A stretch of 64,000 nt of DNA from the human T2T-CHM13v2.0 reference genome, Homo sapiens. The position numbers were made by a program, and so were the translations under genes. The stretch is from NCBI RefSeq assembly GCF_009914755.1, contig NC_060931.1; one strand, 5' to 3'. Every line of letters starts with the position of its first letter. Positions within the stretch are counted from its first letter, which is position 1. The notes under the pieces are model-generated. The model did no database searches. It was not told the origin of the DNA and saw only the letters and a program-made list of their open reading frames with translations. Positions 11,355 through 24,769 of the stretch are shown here, in pieces.

Positions 11355-14300
11355 GAATTTCAAAAAGTTCATGGAAAAGTAGAATTAAAAGATAAAAATT
11401 TAAAATATAAATTTTGTCTGTCAACATAAGCTCCATCAAGTTCAAGACACATTTGTAAGTAATGATACCAGACATTTAGTTCAACCCTAAATAACTGAGG
11501 GTCCTGGGAACTTAATCATGTCAACATAATCATTTTTATATTATTAACTGAAGAAAAATGTGTGGTCTTACCAGATTTTTTAAGATTAAGAAACAAAAAG
11601 AGCCAAATCAGAACTTTAAGGTAAATGCCTAAGGATTTCCCATCAAAACTCCCACAAAATTCCCCTTATTTTATGTTACAGTGGAGAAAGACTCTCTGGT
11701 GAAGCTTTCCAACTCATTTTTCTGCTAAACCTTTGGCTAATTTTCTCAAAACACCCTCATAATAAGCAGATACTATCACTCTTTGTCCCTCCAGAAATGC
11801 AACCAGCAAAAGGCCTTGAGCATCAAAGTGACCTTTCCTCTTGATTAGTTTCCTTTTGTTTTGACTGGACCACTTCCACCTCTTGATAGCTTTTGCTATC
11901 ATTGTGCTTTGTCTTCAGGATTGTACCGGTAAAGCCATGTTTCATCCCCTGTTACAATTCTTCAAAGAAATGCTTCAGGATCTTTAATTCCACTTGTTTA
12001 AAATTTCCATGAAAAGCTCTGCTTCTATCTGTAGCTGACCTGGATGCAACAACTTCTGACAACCATTGAGTAGAAAGTTTGCTCCACTTTAAATTTTCAG
12101 TCAGAATTTATAAGCTGAACAAATTGAGATGTCTTTGGTGTTGGCTATTGTTTCTGCTGTTAATCATCAGTCCTCTTAAATTAGAGCAAAAACGAGATGA
12201 ATTTTTTCCTTGCAAATCGATGTGGATGGTCAGTTGCTACAGGCTTCATCTTCAACATCATCTCATCCCCTTTCAAAACGAGTTATCCATGAGTAGGAGT
12301 ACCTATTCTTATATCAGATTAAACAGACTTTAAAGCAACAGTAAAAAGAAAAGAGAAAGAAAGTCATTACATATTGATAAAAGGATCAATCAAGAAGATA
12401 TATTATAATTCTAAATATATAGGCATCTAACTCTGGAGCTCCCAGATGCATAAAACGATTTCTACTAGCCCTAAGAAAAGAGATAGACAGCAACACTATA
12501 ATGCAGGGAAGGGGCTTCAACTCTCCAGTGACAGCACTAGACGGATCACTGAGGCAGAAAGTCAACAAAGAAACACTGGACTTAACTGCACTCTGGAACA
12601 AATGAACCTGACAGATATTTACAGAACGTTCTACCTAAGAATTGCAGAATATGCATTCTTTTCAACAGCACATGGAGCATTCTCCAAGATAGACTACATG
12701 ATAGATCACAAAACAAGTCTCAATAAATTTTTTAAAATTGAAATCATATGAAGTTTATTCTTAGACCACAGTGAAATAAAATGAGATATCAATTCCAAAA
12801 GGAACTCTCAAAACTATACAAATACATGGAAATTAAGCAATATGCTCCTGAATGATTTGGTGGTTAACAATAAAATCAAGATGAAAATTTAAAAATTCTT
12901 CAAAATGAATAACAGTGACACAAGTTATAAAAAGTCTGGGATACAGCAAAAGCAATGCTAAGATGAAAGTTTATAACACTAAATAGCTACATCAAAAAGT
13001 CTGAAAGATCACAAATTGGCAGCCTAATGTCACAACTCAAGGAAACAGAAACAAAAACAAACCAAAATCCAAAGCTAGCGGAATAAAAGAAATAACAAAG
13101 AGCAGAACTAAATGAAATTGAAACAAACAAAAAATCAATGAAACTAAAAGTTGGTTGTTCTTTGAAAAGATAAAATTGACAGACCATTAGCTAGATTGAC
13201 TTCTCTTCTAGAAGAGAGAAGATTCATGAATAAACACTTCTCAAAAGACGATATACAAATGGCCAACAAACATATGAAAAAATGCTCAGTGTTGGTAATC
13301 ACACAGGAAATGCAAATTAAAATCACAATGAGACACCACCTTACCCCAGCCAGAATAGCCATTATTAAATAGTCAAAAAAAAAAAAAAATACAGATGATG
13401 TGGATGTGGTGAAAAGGGAACACTAATACTATGGTGGTGAGAATGTAAATTAGTACAATCTCTATGGAAAATAATATGGAGATTTCTCAAGGATCTAAAG
13501 TGGCCCTATCATTTGATCCAGCAATCACACTACTGGGTATCTACCCAAAGGAAAAGAAGTCGTTATATCAAAGAGACACCTTCAGGGACATGTTTATCGT
13601 AGCACAATTCACAGTTGCAAAGATGTGAAATCAACCTAAGTGACCATCAACTGATGAATGGATAAAGAAAATGTGTTATATATACACCATGGGATGAATA
13701 CTACTCAGCCATAAAAATGAATAAAATAATGTTTTTTGAAGCAACCTGGATGGAGCTAGGAGCCATTATTCTAAGTGAAGTAATTCAGGAATGGAAAATC
13801 AAATACTATATGTTCTCACTTATAAGCAAGAGCTAAGCTATGGGTACACAAAAGCATACAGTGGTATATTGGACATTGGAACCTCAAAAGGAGGGGAGGG
13901 TGGGAGGGTGGTAAGGTATAAAAAACTACCTATTGAGTACAATGTACACCACTCAGGTGATGGGTGCACTAAAATCTCAGACTTCTACACTATACAATTC
14001 ATCCACATAACCAAAAACTACTTGTACCCCTAAAGCTATTGATTTTTTTAATGAGTTATTCATTGGTGAACTGTAGATTTCCTTGGGAGTGTTTTTCCCA
14101 TATACTTTTCATAAAACATCAACAGTTTCACCATTCTTCCACCCAAGCTTCACCATAAATTTAACATTTGTTCTTGGTTTAGTTTTAGCAGAATTCATGT
14201 TGCCCTGATAGAGGCTAATTTCAAACTGATGTTTTATCCTTCTTAGTTTGTCAAATTAGATCATATTCATATATATTATAACAAGTCAAGTTCATTATTG

Positions 14301-14403
14301 GTGCAAAATAATATGAATATGAGTTTATTTTGATACAAAAAATGAAATCCATGCATAGATTTTTATAATACACATTTTCTTTGAATTTTTTTGAAGACAC
14401 TTG
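11355..14403 (-). mobile_element. Hsmar2 mariner transposon, degenerate, split by an L1 at 12291-14048
   Basis: Terminal repeats ttcaaaaagttcatggaaaa (about 11359) and ttgaattttttttgaagac (about 14380-14400). ORF 11714-11902 contains DAQGLLLVAFLEGQRVIVSAYYEGVLRKLAKGLAEK, matching the recalled Hsmar2 transposase. Confidence 0.9.
12291..14048 (+). mobile_element. 5'-truncated L1PB (L1PB2-like) with a large internal ORF2 deletion
   Basis: ORF2 endonuclease region at 12291-13225 joined directly to the ORF2 C-terminus and L1PB 3' UTR; TSD gagttatccat (12280-12290) / gagttattcat (14053-14063). Confidence 0.9.
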
Positions 14404-15534
14404 AATCACGGAAAATAGGACTGAATTTCCTACAATCCCCTATCATGGGGACTAGGTATTAAAATAAATTATGACCATGGAGAATGCAAAGACTTGGCAA
14501 ACTGGTTACATTTAAGATAGGTAGTTTTTTCCTAGGGTCATACTTAAGCTTTTAACTTCCAATGTGAGAATTCTCTTTTAAAAAGCAACTCTAAAAATTG
14601 TGGAAAATGCTCTCTATTACAATGGTTTGTGGCTTTTTGGAGTCAAGAATTTCATGGAGAAAATAGTTCCTACACCCTTCACCAGAAAAATGGACCCATA
14701 CTCATACACAGAAAATGTTGTCTAAAATTTAACCTTTGTTAAAAACCTGGAAACAAACCAATAATCCTCCCTCCATAAAATTTAATGTTACATGGTAATT
14801 TGTTTCTTCTGTTAATTTTTATGTCACAACGAGTACCTTCTATTTCTGCTCTTACTTTGTTTTTAGTTTGCGTTTTCCCCCTATGCCCCCACCCCCCTCG
14901 TTATACCCTTGATGATGCAGAACATTTGGTTGGTATTTACATTGAGAAAAAAAAGAAGTGGCTTCCAAATCAGTTTCACTGGTATTGCTCTTCTGTTCAA
15001 TTGGCCTTTGTCTTTCTCTAGTACAGTAGAGACAAACCATTCAACAAGCTGAGTAATAGGTTCTAAGCAATTGGAAACATTCTAAAAATTTTGATTGGTT
15101 AAAGTGGACATTGCATTCAAATGTTTTATAGACAAACTGAAATCTCCTATATCTAACCATAAAATTCCATATTAAATTTGCAGTTGCACATTCACTACAA
15201 CATCAATCAATATTATAACTTTTCAAATTTGTTCTCTTGTATACCTTTTTTGATGACAATACATTCCTTGGTTTGAAGGGGATTTCTGAGCAATTGAATT
15301 TTTTAGTAAAAGGTTTTAAATGATCAAGATTGAATTTCTCATTCCTAAGGATATTGTTCATTTGTTGATTGTCTTCTAGTATATTCTTATTGGGCGGCAC
15401 AGAGCAATGCCCTATCCCTTAGGATAGCATGTTCTCAGGAACATGCTAGTGGGGTGATGCTATGCCCTCCCGTCCATTAAATCCCCATCCTTAAGGCCAG
15501 TCGTCGATGCTCATATTTTATATTAACTCAAAAT

Positions 15535-15640
15535 GAATTTTCTGAACATCTGGTTATATACCAGGCATAGTACCAAACACTAAGAATACAAATGAAAAAT
15601 GTAGATACTGTCTAATCCTCGAAGAGCTTCACAGCCTCAT
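15535..15640 (-). mobile_element. L2 fragment
   Basis: tataccaggcatagtaccaaacactaagaatacaaa...tcctcgaagagcttcacag. Confidence 0.45.
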
Positions 15641-16265
15641 TAGCTTAAAAAATGGACAGTATTATTTAGGGCTGTCATTCTAGCTAAGTAATACTAGTAT
15701 CTCCCCTCTAGAAATCTATAATCTGACTAGGGAGTGAGACATAGCAAGTTATGTAATCATGCAAGATTATAACAGTTTCAATGCCAAATGAATTGCTGGG
15801 ATATTAAATGCTAAAGGAATTCAGGAGAAAAAGAAAGCACATAGTTCAACATTTAAGACACCAAGAAAAGTTTCTGAAATTATCCATCCAATAAATTGAA
15901 GGATTATATCTGCCTGAAGTAAATTAGTTTGGTCATTTTTTTCCAGCAAGTGTCCTAGGATCATGGTGTTCCACATTATTGGAGTCATTACACCTGTGTG
16001 CATTAACTATTGAAGGTGTAAAAATATAATAACAAACTGTTTACCTGCTTATATGGGAAGACATATCAAAGGGCGTTTGAAACAATCTACGTTATTTGCT
16101 GTGAACAACATACACCTTTTTTTAAAAGAAATGAGAGAGTTGTCATTTATAATTTGCCAGGTAACATCTTAATTTGTTGCAATCATTCCAAGCAGTTGAA
16201 CTGATCCCTGCAGAGTTACCTGCTGAAAAGCAATATCCATGCTTCAGGTCAAATTTAGATTCACA

Positions 16266-16532
16266 GGCCAGGCACCGTGGGTCATGCCTATAATCCTAGC
16301 ACTTTCAGAGGCCAAGGCAGGAGGATTGCTTGAGCCCAGGAGCTTGAGACCAGCCTAAGCAACATAGGGAGACCCTGTCTCTACAAAAATTAACTTACCC
16401 ATGTGTGGTAGTGTGGGCCTGTGATCCCAGCTACATGGAAGGCTTGAGCCTGAGTGATTGAGGCTGCAATGAGCCATGATGGTGCCACTGCACTCTAGCC
16501 TGAGCAATAGAATGAGATCCAGTCTCAAAAAA
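16266..16532 (+). mobile_element. AluJ with a short right-arm deletion
   Basis: J-type ggaggattgcttgagcccaggag and gaggctgcaatgagccatgat. Confidence 0.9.
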
Positions 16533-16552
16533 TATATATACGTATATATTTA

Positions 16553-16586
<34 letters not shown>
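16533..16586. repeat. (TA)n/(TG)n compound microsatellite at the Alu tail
   Basis: Visible directly in the sequence. Confidence 0.9.
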
Positions 16587-16727
16587 CGCATGATAGTGAG
16601 CCCTGGGCTAGGTTTTACTTGACAGAAAACAGATTTCTTTTGTCCCCAAAATATGCTCAAGAAAACACTGTTTTGAGAGCCCCTAGCTAAATTGGGATTC
16701 CAGTACCGAGCAGTTAGTGACCCTTCT

Positions 16728-17140
16728 TTAATGGGGAATGAAGGGGAGCTGGATGGCGGTGTTTACTGTGTGTCTTTCACAGGATACTTCTTTTACCTGG
16801 CAGATGGCCTAATGTCTAGTTGTCCGACCCATGATCACAGGAGTTCATGAGAAACTTGTTTACACTGGCAGATGCCCTTGTCTGACCAGTTACATGCCTC
16901 CCTGACCATCATTCTGGCACTGGGAACCTGATCTTGTGCTCTCCCTGGTGTTCTGGGGAAAATCCTACCTGGGGCAACCCTGAGTTTTTCAGAGGGAAGG
17001 CACAGATTCAACACACAACCAAAATAAGAATCATGTTTAAAGATTTTCTGTTTCTTTCAACTTCAGATCCTGGGCAGGGCGAATCAGGAGGGCAGTTCTC
17101 CATCCCCAGGTCACACAAGGCAGTAATGAAGAGTCGAGCT

Positions 17141-17171
<31 letters not shown>

Positions 17172-17400
17172 GCAGAGAGAGAAAGCACAAGAGGCAACTA
17201 GCAGCATATATAAGGGAATAGGGTATAGGGTGTGGGTCACTTTAAGTTTCTGGGTAAATGTCTGAATGGTTTCTTTAAAGGGATCCCAGTCTGCTAGGCA
17301 GGAGAGATTCCTCTAAGTTCTCATCTCTGGCCACCAGCTTGAGCCATTTGTGTGTGATATAGAATTGGAAACTGTGTCAAGGTTGACTGAGCCCTGCTTG
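16728..17400 (-). mobile_element. ERVL-class LTR (MER54/MER73/MER74-like), copy 1
   Basis: ctggcagatgcccttgtctgacc; cagatcctgggcaggg; homologous along its length to 18895-19890. Confidence 0.7.
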
Positions 17401-17809
17401 CAACAAAAGCAAGCAATGCAGCAACAAAAGGGGCACTTGCCCCAGCAGTACTTACGTTTGTGAGGCACATGGCTATTCAGGCAAAGTAACCCCCATTATG
17501 GGTGAGGGTTAGGCAATTTCACCCCAGCTCCACTTCATCACTGCACAGTGAGTGCAGAATTGTATCACCCTCTCTGACTTTACTAGGAGGGAATCACTGA
17601 TGCCCTGGAGCTTGGTAGCCCACATCTGTATTGCTGGCCAGGTGGAGGTAGAGCTCCACCATCCTGGCCAACTCACTGTGGCTTAACACTAGCACTTCCT
17701 AATGTATAGTCAATACAGTCAATACAGTTCTGACTACTACCAAGCCTTCAGGTAACCGGAAAAGTACACCTGGCCAAGGAGCAACACACCCTTAAATAGT
17801 GGCCCGCTG

Positions 17810-18098
17810 GGCCAGGCACGGTGGCTTATGCCTGTAATCCAGCACTTTGGGAGGCTGAGGTGGGTGGATCACGAGGTCAGGAGTTCAAGACCAATCTGAC
17901 CAATATGGTGAAACCCCATCTCTACTAAAAATACAAAAATTAGGCGTGGTGGCAGGTGCCTATAATCCCAGCTACTCGGGAGGCTGAGGCAGGAGAATTA
18001 CTTGAACCTGGGCAGCAGAGGTTGCAGTGAGCCGAGAGTGCCACTGCACTCCAGCCTGGGTGACAGAGTGAGACTCTGTCTCCAAAAAAAAAAAAAAA
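17810..18098 (+). mobile_element. AluS (Sg-like)
   Basis: Full dimer with poly(A); TSD aaatagtggcccgctg (17794-17809) / aaatactggcccactg (18099-18114). Confidence 0.95.
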
Positions 18099-18368
18099 AA
18101 ATACTGGCCCACTGTTTAGGGGACCCAATCCCAGGAAGTGCTGCTGGTTCCTCACAGGGAAACACCTTCCTTACACTGGGACCTGCTCTTCAGTGGCTAC
18201 AGGGAAGTTTGATAGCTCTAAGAACCACCAATAGCCAATGCAATTTCTGGAAAATCTCCAAGGCAATGCCCAACAACAGCAGTACACAGTTATGCAAAGC
18301 AAAGCTACAGGCCACTAGCAAGCAGTGCTTTCTTCCCAAAAGGACCGAGCTGTTTGGGAGAGGGAATT

Positions 18369-18757
18369 TGTATTAGTCCATTTTCACACTGCTATAAAGA
18401 ACTGCCTGAGAGTGGGTAATTTTTAAAGGAAAAAAGTTTCATTGACTCACAGTTCCACGTGGCTGGGGAAGCATCAGGAAACTTACAATCATGGCAGAAG
18501 GCAAAGGGGAAGCAAGGCAACTTCTTCGCAAGGCAACAGAAAGGAGAAGTGCTGAGCTAAAGGAGAAGAGCCCCTTACAAAATCATCAAATCTCATGAGA
18601 ACTCACTCTCACTAGAACAGCCGGGTGGGGGGTGGGCATTGGAACTGCCCCCCATGATTCAATTACCTCCACCTGGTCTCTTTCTTGACACATGGGGATT
18701 ATGGCGATTACAATTCAAGATGAGATTTGGGTGGGGACACAAAGCCTAACCATATCA
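18369..18757 (-). mobile_element. THE1 (THE1D-like) MaLR solo LTR
   Basis: tgtattagtcc...aaccatatca termini; 5-bp TSD gaatt/caatt. Confidence 0.9.
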
Positions 18758-18894
18758 CAATTAGTAAACCATGTGCAGCTAAAATGCACTGTGGCAGTGT
18801 ATAACCTGTGCCAACTGTCCCATACTCATCACCATTTGTTTTGAGACTCCTCCAGTTAAATCGGGGTTCCAGTGACAGAGTGTAGCATTGCTAT

Positions 18895-19890
18895 TGTAAC
18901 AGGAAATAAGGAGAGGAGAGCTTGATGTGAGGGTTTACAGTGTGCCTTTATGGGATATTTCTTTAACCTGGTAGATGACCTAATGCCTAGATGTCTAACC
19001 CACTATTAGGGTTCCCTCATATGGGAAACCTGTTTACATTGGCAGAGGCCCTTGTGGCTCTTGTCTGACCAGTTTATGCCTTCCTGACCATGGCTCTGTC
19101 ACTGGGAGCCTGACCTTGTACTCTCCCCTGGTGTCCCAGGAAAAATTCACTCTGGGGCACTGATATAGTTTGGCTGTGTCCCCCTCTCCCCCCAGATCTC
19201 ATCTTGAATTCCCACATGTTGTAGAAGGGACCCAGTGGGAGGTAATTGAATCATGGGGGCAGGTCTTTCCTGTGCTGTTCTCATGATAGTGAATAAGTCT
19301 CATGAGATCTGATGGTTTTAAAAAGTGGAGTTTCCCTGCACAAGCTCTCTTCTCTTGTCTGCCGCCATGTGAGACATGCCTTTCACCTTCTGCCATGATT
19401 TTGAGACCTCTCCAGCCACATGGAACTGTAAGTCCATTAAACCTCTTTTTTTTTGTAAATTGCCCAGTCTTGGATATGTCTTTTTTAGTAGTGTGAAAAC
19501 AGACTAATACAGGCACCCCTAGTTTTTTAGATAAAAACTGCAAATTCAATACACCACCATAACAGGGAACTAGTTCAAAATATTTTTTTCAACTTACAGA
19601 TCCTGGGCAGAGAGGGTACAATGAGTTAAGAGGGCAGTCCTTCTTTCCTTTGTCATGTGAGTCAAGAAAGAAGAATCAAGCACAGAGAGAGAGAGAGAGT
19701 GTGTGTGTGTGTGTGTGTAGAGAGAGAGAGAAAAGAGAGCACACATGGCCACTAGCAGCACATCATATATATAACAGAATAAGGTGTGGGTCACTTTAAA
19801 TTTATGGGCAAATGTGTGAATGGTTCATTTAAAGAAGGCAGCTGGAAAGAGAGGAGACAGGTCTGCTAGGTGGGAGAGGTAAGCCTTAGT
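18895..19890 (-). mobile_element. ERVL-class LTR (MER54-like), copy 2, interrupted by THE1
   Basis: ggcagaggcccttgtggctcttgtctgacc; acttacagatcctgggcag; ggtgtgggtcactttaa shared with copy 1. Confidence 0.7.
19161..19511 (+). mobile_element. THE1 (THE1A/B-like) MaLR solo LTR
   Basis: tgatatagtttggctgtgtcccc...gactaataca; perfect TSD ggcac (19156-19160 / 19512-19516). Confidence 0.93.
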
Positions 19891-19944
19891 GATGAGTCTT
19901 AGCAGCTTTAATCCTCCTCTGCTTTTGTATTTCCAATCATCTAC

Positions 19945-20769
19945 CTGAGTTGTTTTTGCTCACACTTCTGACACCAAACATGTGGGGTTTTTCCTCACAC
20001 CTCCTAATTTTCCAACTCGCCAGGTACCAACTAAGTGCCTAAAATTTAATTAAATTCTGACATTAACTTCCTTTAGTTAGCTTAGACCTCACAAGTTAAG
20101 GGCCCAGTCTCAGAAGTCTGCCCTCACTTCAGATGCCAGTCACAATTCCTAGGTTGTTATCTGTACTTCTGACCAATTACCTATAAATCTGATGGTTACC
20201 ACAAGCCCCTCCTCAAGTTCAGTATTTCCTAGAATAACTCACAGAACTCAGGAAAGCACTTTACTTACTATTTATGGTTTATAACAAAGGATATAACTTG
20301 GGAACAGCCACATTCTGCACCTCTCCAGGTATGTTCTCTTCTGAGCACCTTGATGTTTTCAGCAATCTGGAAACTCCGAACTCTTTTGTTTAGGGTTTTT
20401 TTCTTTTTAGATAGGAGTTTTAACAGAGGTTTCATTACATAGACATGATTGATTATATCATTCTCCACTGGTGATTAACTGAATCTCCAGCCTCTCTCCC
20501 TGCTCCTGAGGTTGGGAAAGGGGCTGAAAGTTTCAACCCTCTAACACATGATTGGTTACTCTGGCAACTAGCCCCCATTCTGAAGCTATCTAGGGGCCCA
20601 ACAAGAGTCACCTTATCAACATAAACTCAGGTACAATTGAAAGAGGCTTGTAATGAATAACAAAAGATGCTTCTATCACTCCTCTCACTCAGGAAATTCA
20701 GTGCATTGTAGGATCCCCATGTCAGGAACCAGGGACAAAGACCAAGTGTATATTTCCTATTGTATCACA
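19945..20769 (-). mobile_element. MER21-family LTR
   Basis: cacttctgacacca; cacagaactcaggaaagcactttactta; ggaaccagggacaaagacca...tatcaca terminus. Confidence 0.8.
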
Positions 20770-21095
20770 CTACCCTACACAAATTCTTTCTACTGGGGTT
20801 CTTATGCCTGCTGCCTATTACTTGCCTTACTCCCTTTTCAGCAGACCTAAGGAAACCTAAAGGAACACCTATTGACAAGAAATACCAAAGGATTACATTG
20901 ACTTGTAAATACTAAAATTTGTACTGCATTTCTTTAGAATCTTATGAGAACCAATACAGTTTTGGTCTATATTTCTCTCTGAAAAATGGAAAAAGATGAA
21001 AACTATTACTGAATCTTTCTGTGACTTACAGATAGCTTCTGACCTAGAAACATTTTAATCAAATTTACCAAATCATAAGCTCAACATGGGAAGAT

Positions 21096-21615
21096 GTTTT
21101 TTAAATTTTGTATTGTGATAAAATATATATAACAAAATTTACCATCTTAATCATTTAAGGGTACAATTTGGTGATATTAAGTACATTCATAATGTTGTGC
21201 AACCATTACCAGGTGTTGTGCAACCATTACCAGGCATATTGTGCAACCAGCCAGGCGTGGTGGGCACCTGTAATCCCAACTACTCGGGAGGCTGAGGCAG
21301 GAGATGGCATCCATCTATAGAATTCTTCTCATCTTGCACAACTGAACCTCTATATCCATTAAATAAAAACTCCCCAGCCTCCCCTCTTTCCAGTACCTGT
21401 AAAGCACATTTCTACTTTCTGTCCCTATGTACCTTATAAAAGGGTATTTGTATGTTTGTGATTGATTTTTTTTACTTAGCATACTGGCCTCAAGGTTCAT
21501 CTGTGTAGTAGCACATGTCAGAATTTCCTTCCTTTTTAAGTCGAGTAATATTCCATTATATGTATGTATCACATTTTGCTTATCCATTCATCTACCAATG
21601 GACACATGGGTTCAT
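21096..21615 (-). mobile_element. L1MB 3' UTR fragment carrying a complex internal insertion
   Basis: aaatttaccatcttaatcatttaag...ttatccattcatctaccaatggacac. Confidence 0.85.
21249..21304 (+). mobile_element. Internal Alu fragment without poly(A) tail or TSD
   Basis: agccaggcgtggtgggcacctgtaatcccaactactcgggaggctgaggcaggaga. Confidence 0.85.
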
Positions 21616-21624
21616 TAAAAGACA

Positions 21625-21715
21625 TTTTTATCTTTGTTCACTACCATATCCCTAACATTTAGACAAATTTCTGGCCTGAATTAGGTGTCTGGTGATTGTT
21701 AAGTAAATGAATGGC
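21625..21715 (+). mobile_element. L2 3' end
   Basis: tttgttcactaccatatccctaacatttagacaa...taaatgaatg. Confidence 0.55.
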
Positions 21716-23617
21716 TAACAGTTAAATGTGTGGTCCTGATTATACTTATAACAGCATGATGTTCATTGAATAAGTTGTCAATGTGAGTGTGCTTTTGGGT
21801 AACCTGTGACCCAAAATCTCTTCTCTTCCCTGACTTTATATTTCTAGTTCTTTCTTTTACTATCCTTTCACTATGCATTCCACTGATTTCTCCCATCTTT
21901 TTCTATTCTTTGTTTCTCAGTGTTGTATTAATACAACATTGTAACATTTATGTAGCAATGCTGGATAGAGGCGGGGTTGGTTGATTCAATAAATAATGCT
22001 TGGACATCTACATTATGCTGACCTCTGTGTTAGCATTGGAACGATTATACCTATTTAGTATTGTCTATTGAATCTTAGTTTAGAGCCTTAATTTTCAGTC
22101 AGGTTTTTAAAATGCTGAGCACTACTCAAAAGAAATTCAGTGCTTATGAAGTATTTACTAAACTGCTTAACTCAAGCAATATACAGTAATCTATTCTAAA
22201 GATTATACTCTCTGAAAGCAGTGATGAAGCTTAATTCCTTCATTTATCCAAATTAAAGTGCCTTTGGAAATCATTTACCACACATATATATATCAAAAAT
22301 ATGTCTTAAATAAACCAAGTTCACTGCCAGGTCAAATGAGGTTGGAGATGTTCAGAGTGGTTTGGTGGTAGAACAATTTGCAAGGTCTACAGTTAGTGAT
22401 TGAGGTATACTATTCACTTTTTAAAATACTGCTTGTCAGCTAGAATCTAGTATATTTTGTTTCAATATAACTTGATTTTATAAACACCTGAAGATAAGGA
22501 TTTGGAATGTCAATATAGCTCTATTGGGCCTAGCTATTCAACCTTCTAACTCAATTTCTTGTTTTTCTTCTGATTTTTTATATCTTTCAACACTATAACA
22601 TACAAAAATAACCTATCTTGTCTTCCTTTACTGGACCTAGAATTATTATTTTATGTCATATCTCATTTCTTTAAAAAACAAAACCAAGATTCCTGTGCTC
22701 TTTATCTTTTTGAATGCCCAAAAAAGGTCTGTCTTCCTGAGCAAGGTCTATCTTCATCTAAGCACAGCCAATAGAAAATAACCTGCATTCCTTATACCAG
22801 CAATCATACCCTGGTGGATTTGAGATTGACGGTGGCAGATTTGATAGACTTACAGTTGCTTTTCTGAAAGCACATATTTCCTCATCAGCATTTTAAAACA
22901 ATAAAACTGCAGGGAATACAGAAGATCTCAAAGTATAGAACAGAACAGCTATAGTAGCAGATCAGATAGAAACAACACCAGGCAGGCCAATGATGAATCA
23001 GTGAAGAGTCAGAAATCTTAAGGAGATGGAGGGAGATAGGGTAAAAACAAGCAAACACAAGGTGGTTATTTGATAACTCCAATATCTGAAACTATAATAA
23101 ACTTCTCTAGCATCTTTTCAAAAATTGTCGTTTCTTCTTGTTTTCTATAGTCTAGTAAATTTGTAATTGAATTGATACAGGGTATGAAAAATTTTAGAGA
23201 AATTGTGCATTGGTAGGCAGAGTAAAAGAAATTCACCTTAACCCAGTCTGAATTTGAAATTGAGCTAGTTTGAAGCTGAATTCTGTCTTTGTGTGGCCTG
23301 ATTGATTTCTGGTTCGTCTTTTCTATTAAGGAGTAACCCTTTAGGCATTCCAACGGAAATCCTAGATTGTTAACAAAGCCTCTCCTCCATAGTGATTTCT
23401 GAATTCCATTTTTTTTTTTGTCTCTCAAATCCATAAAACAGACAAAAACCTCTGATCAGATTTTTAGCCTTTTAACCATCAGTTACAAATTGATGAAAAA
23501 CTTAAGGGAAAAGCAGCATGGAATGCTGCATGTGTTCACTTTCATTCCTTTCTTTCCAGTAATCTGGTCTTCAAGTCCTTGTTTCCTGGGAAGCTCTCTG
23601 AAGTCCTCAAACAGAGA

Positions 23618-23637
23618 ATGTGTGTGTGTGTGTGTGT
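23618..23637. repeat. (TG)n microsatellite
   Basis: Visible directly in the sequence. Confidence 0.85.
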
Positions 23638-23737
23638 ACTTTAATTCAGCTTTTCACTTTTGTAGTTTTTCTTGGAGAATTGGTCTGCTACAAGCTAGTC
23701 TGCCATAGCTGAAAGCAGAAGTCATGATGGGCATCTA

Positions 23738-24109
<372 letters not shown>

Positions 24110-24769
24110 TCATCTTTGTGTTTGTTTTCTTTATACCTGTGGGAGTTGCCTTTTTACTGGTTGACCTAACATTTTCTTAGACTCTTCTTTATGGTGCCAC
24201 CAACATTGTTCTTCCCTTTGAGGGCCAATCCTTCAAACGTTATGGCTGCTTTTATACCTCTTTGGCTGCAATGAATTACTGTCCTGTTTTCAAATCTGCC
24301 ACTCATCCTGCTGTGTGGCTTCTGGCATTCTCACTGAAGAAATCTGTAGAGAGATAAATATTGTTCTAGTGATTTTTGAGAGATAAGTTTATGTAAGTAG
24401 TAGTTCTTCCTCAGCTTAGAAAATACTAGTCCAGGGTTTCAAAAGATGACTGTAATTTCCAAGCTTGGAAGAAATCCAGCCCATGGAATTGGAAGATATC
24501 TTAAAGAACACACAGTCCAATCTTTCATGGAGAAGCCAACTTGCCCAAGGTTCCATGTCATTAGGTCCAAGGAACAGTAAGTGTCTGCTTCCTGCCCGTG
24601 CTCTTCAATACTCTTGCTGTAGATCAGTTACTTCATGGAAAGATTTCTGTTGACTCATAACTCTTGGAATCTGCATCCCATACCCTAAAGTTTCTCTTTG
24701 AGATACTAGTTTAGGATGTTAAAAGATAACTGCAAATTCTAAGTTTACATGTTAATGTATATATAAGGG

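Noticed and set aside
15203-15400. 65-aa Lys/Asn-rich ORF in non-repeat sequence
   Set aside because: No recognisable homology or convincing splice sites; composition reflects AT-richness
24137-24344. Minus-strand acceptor (tctctctacag) with possible downstream donors
   Set aside because: Donors are weak (gtataa), stops are present and there is no convincing protein similarity
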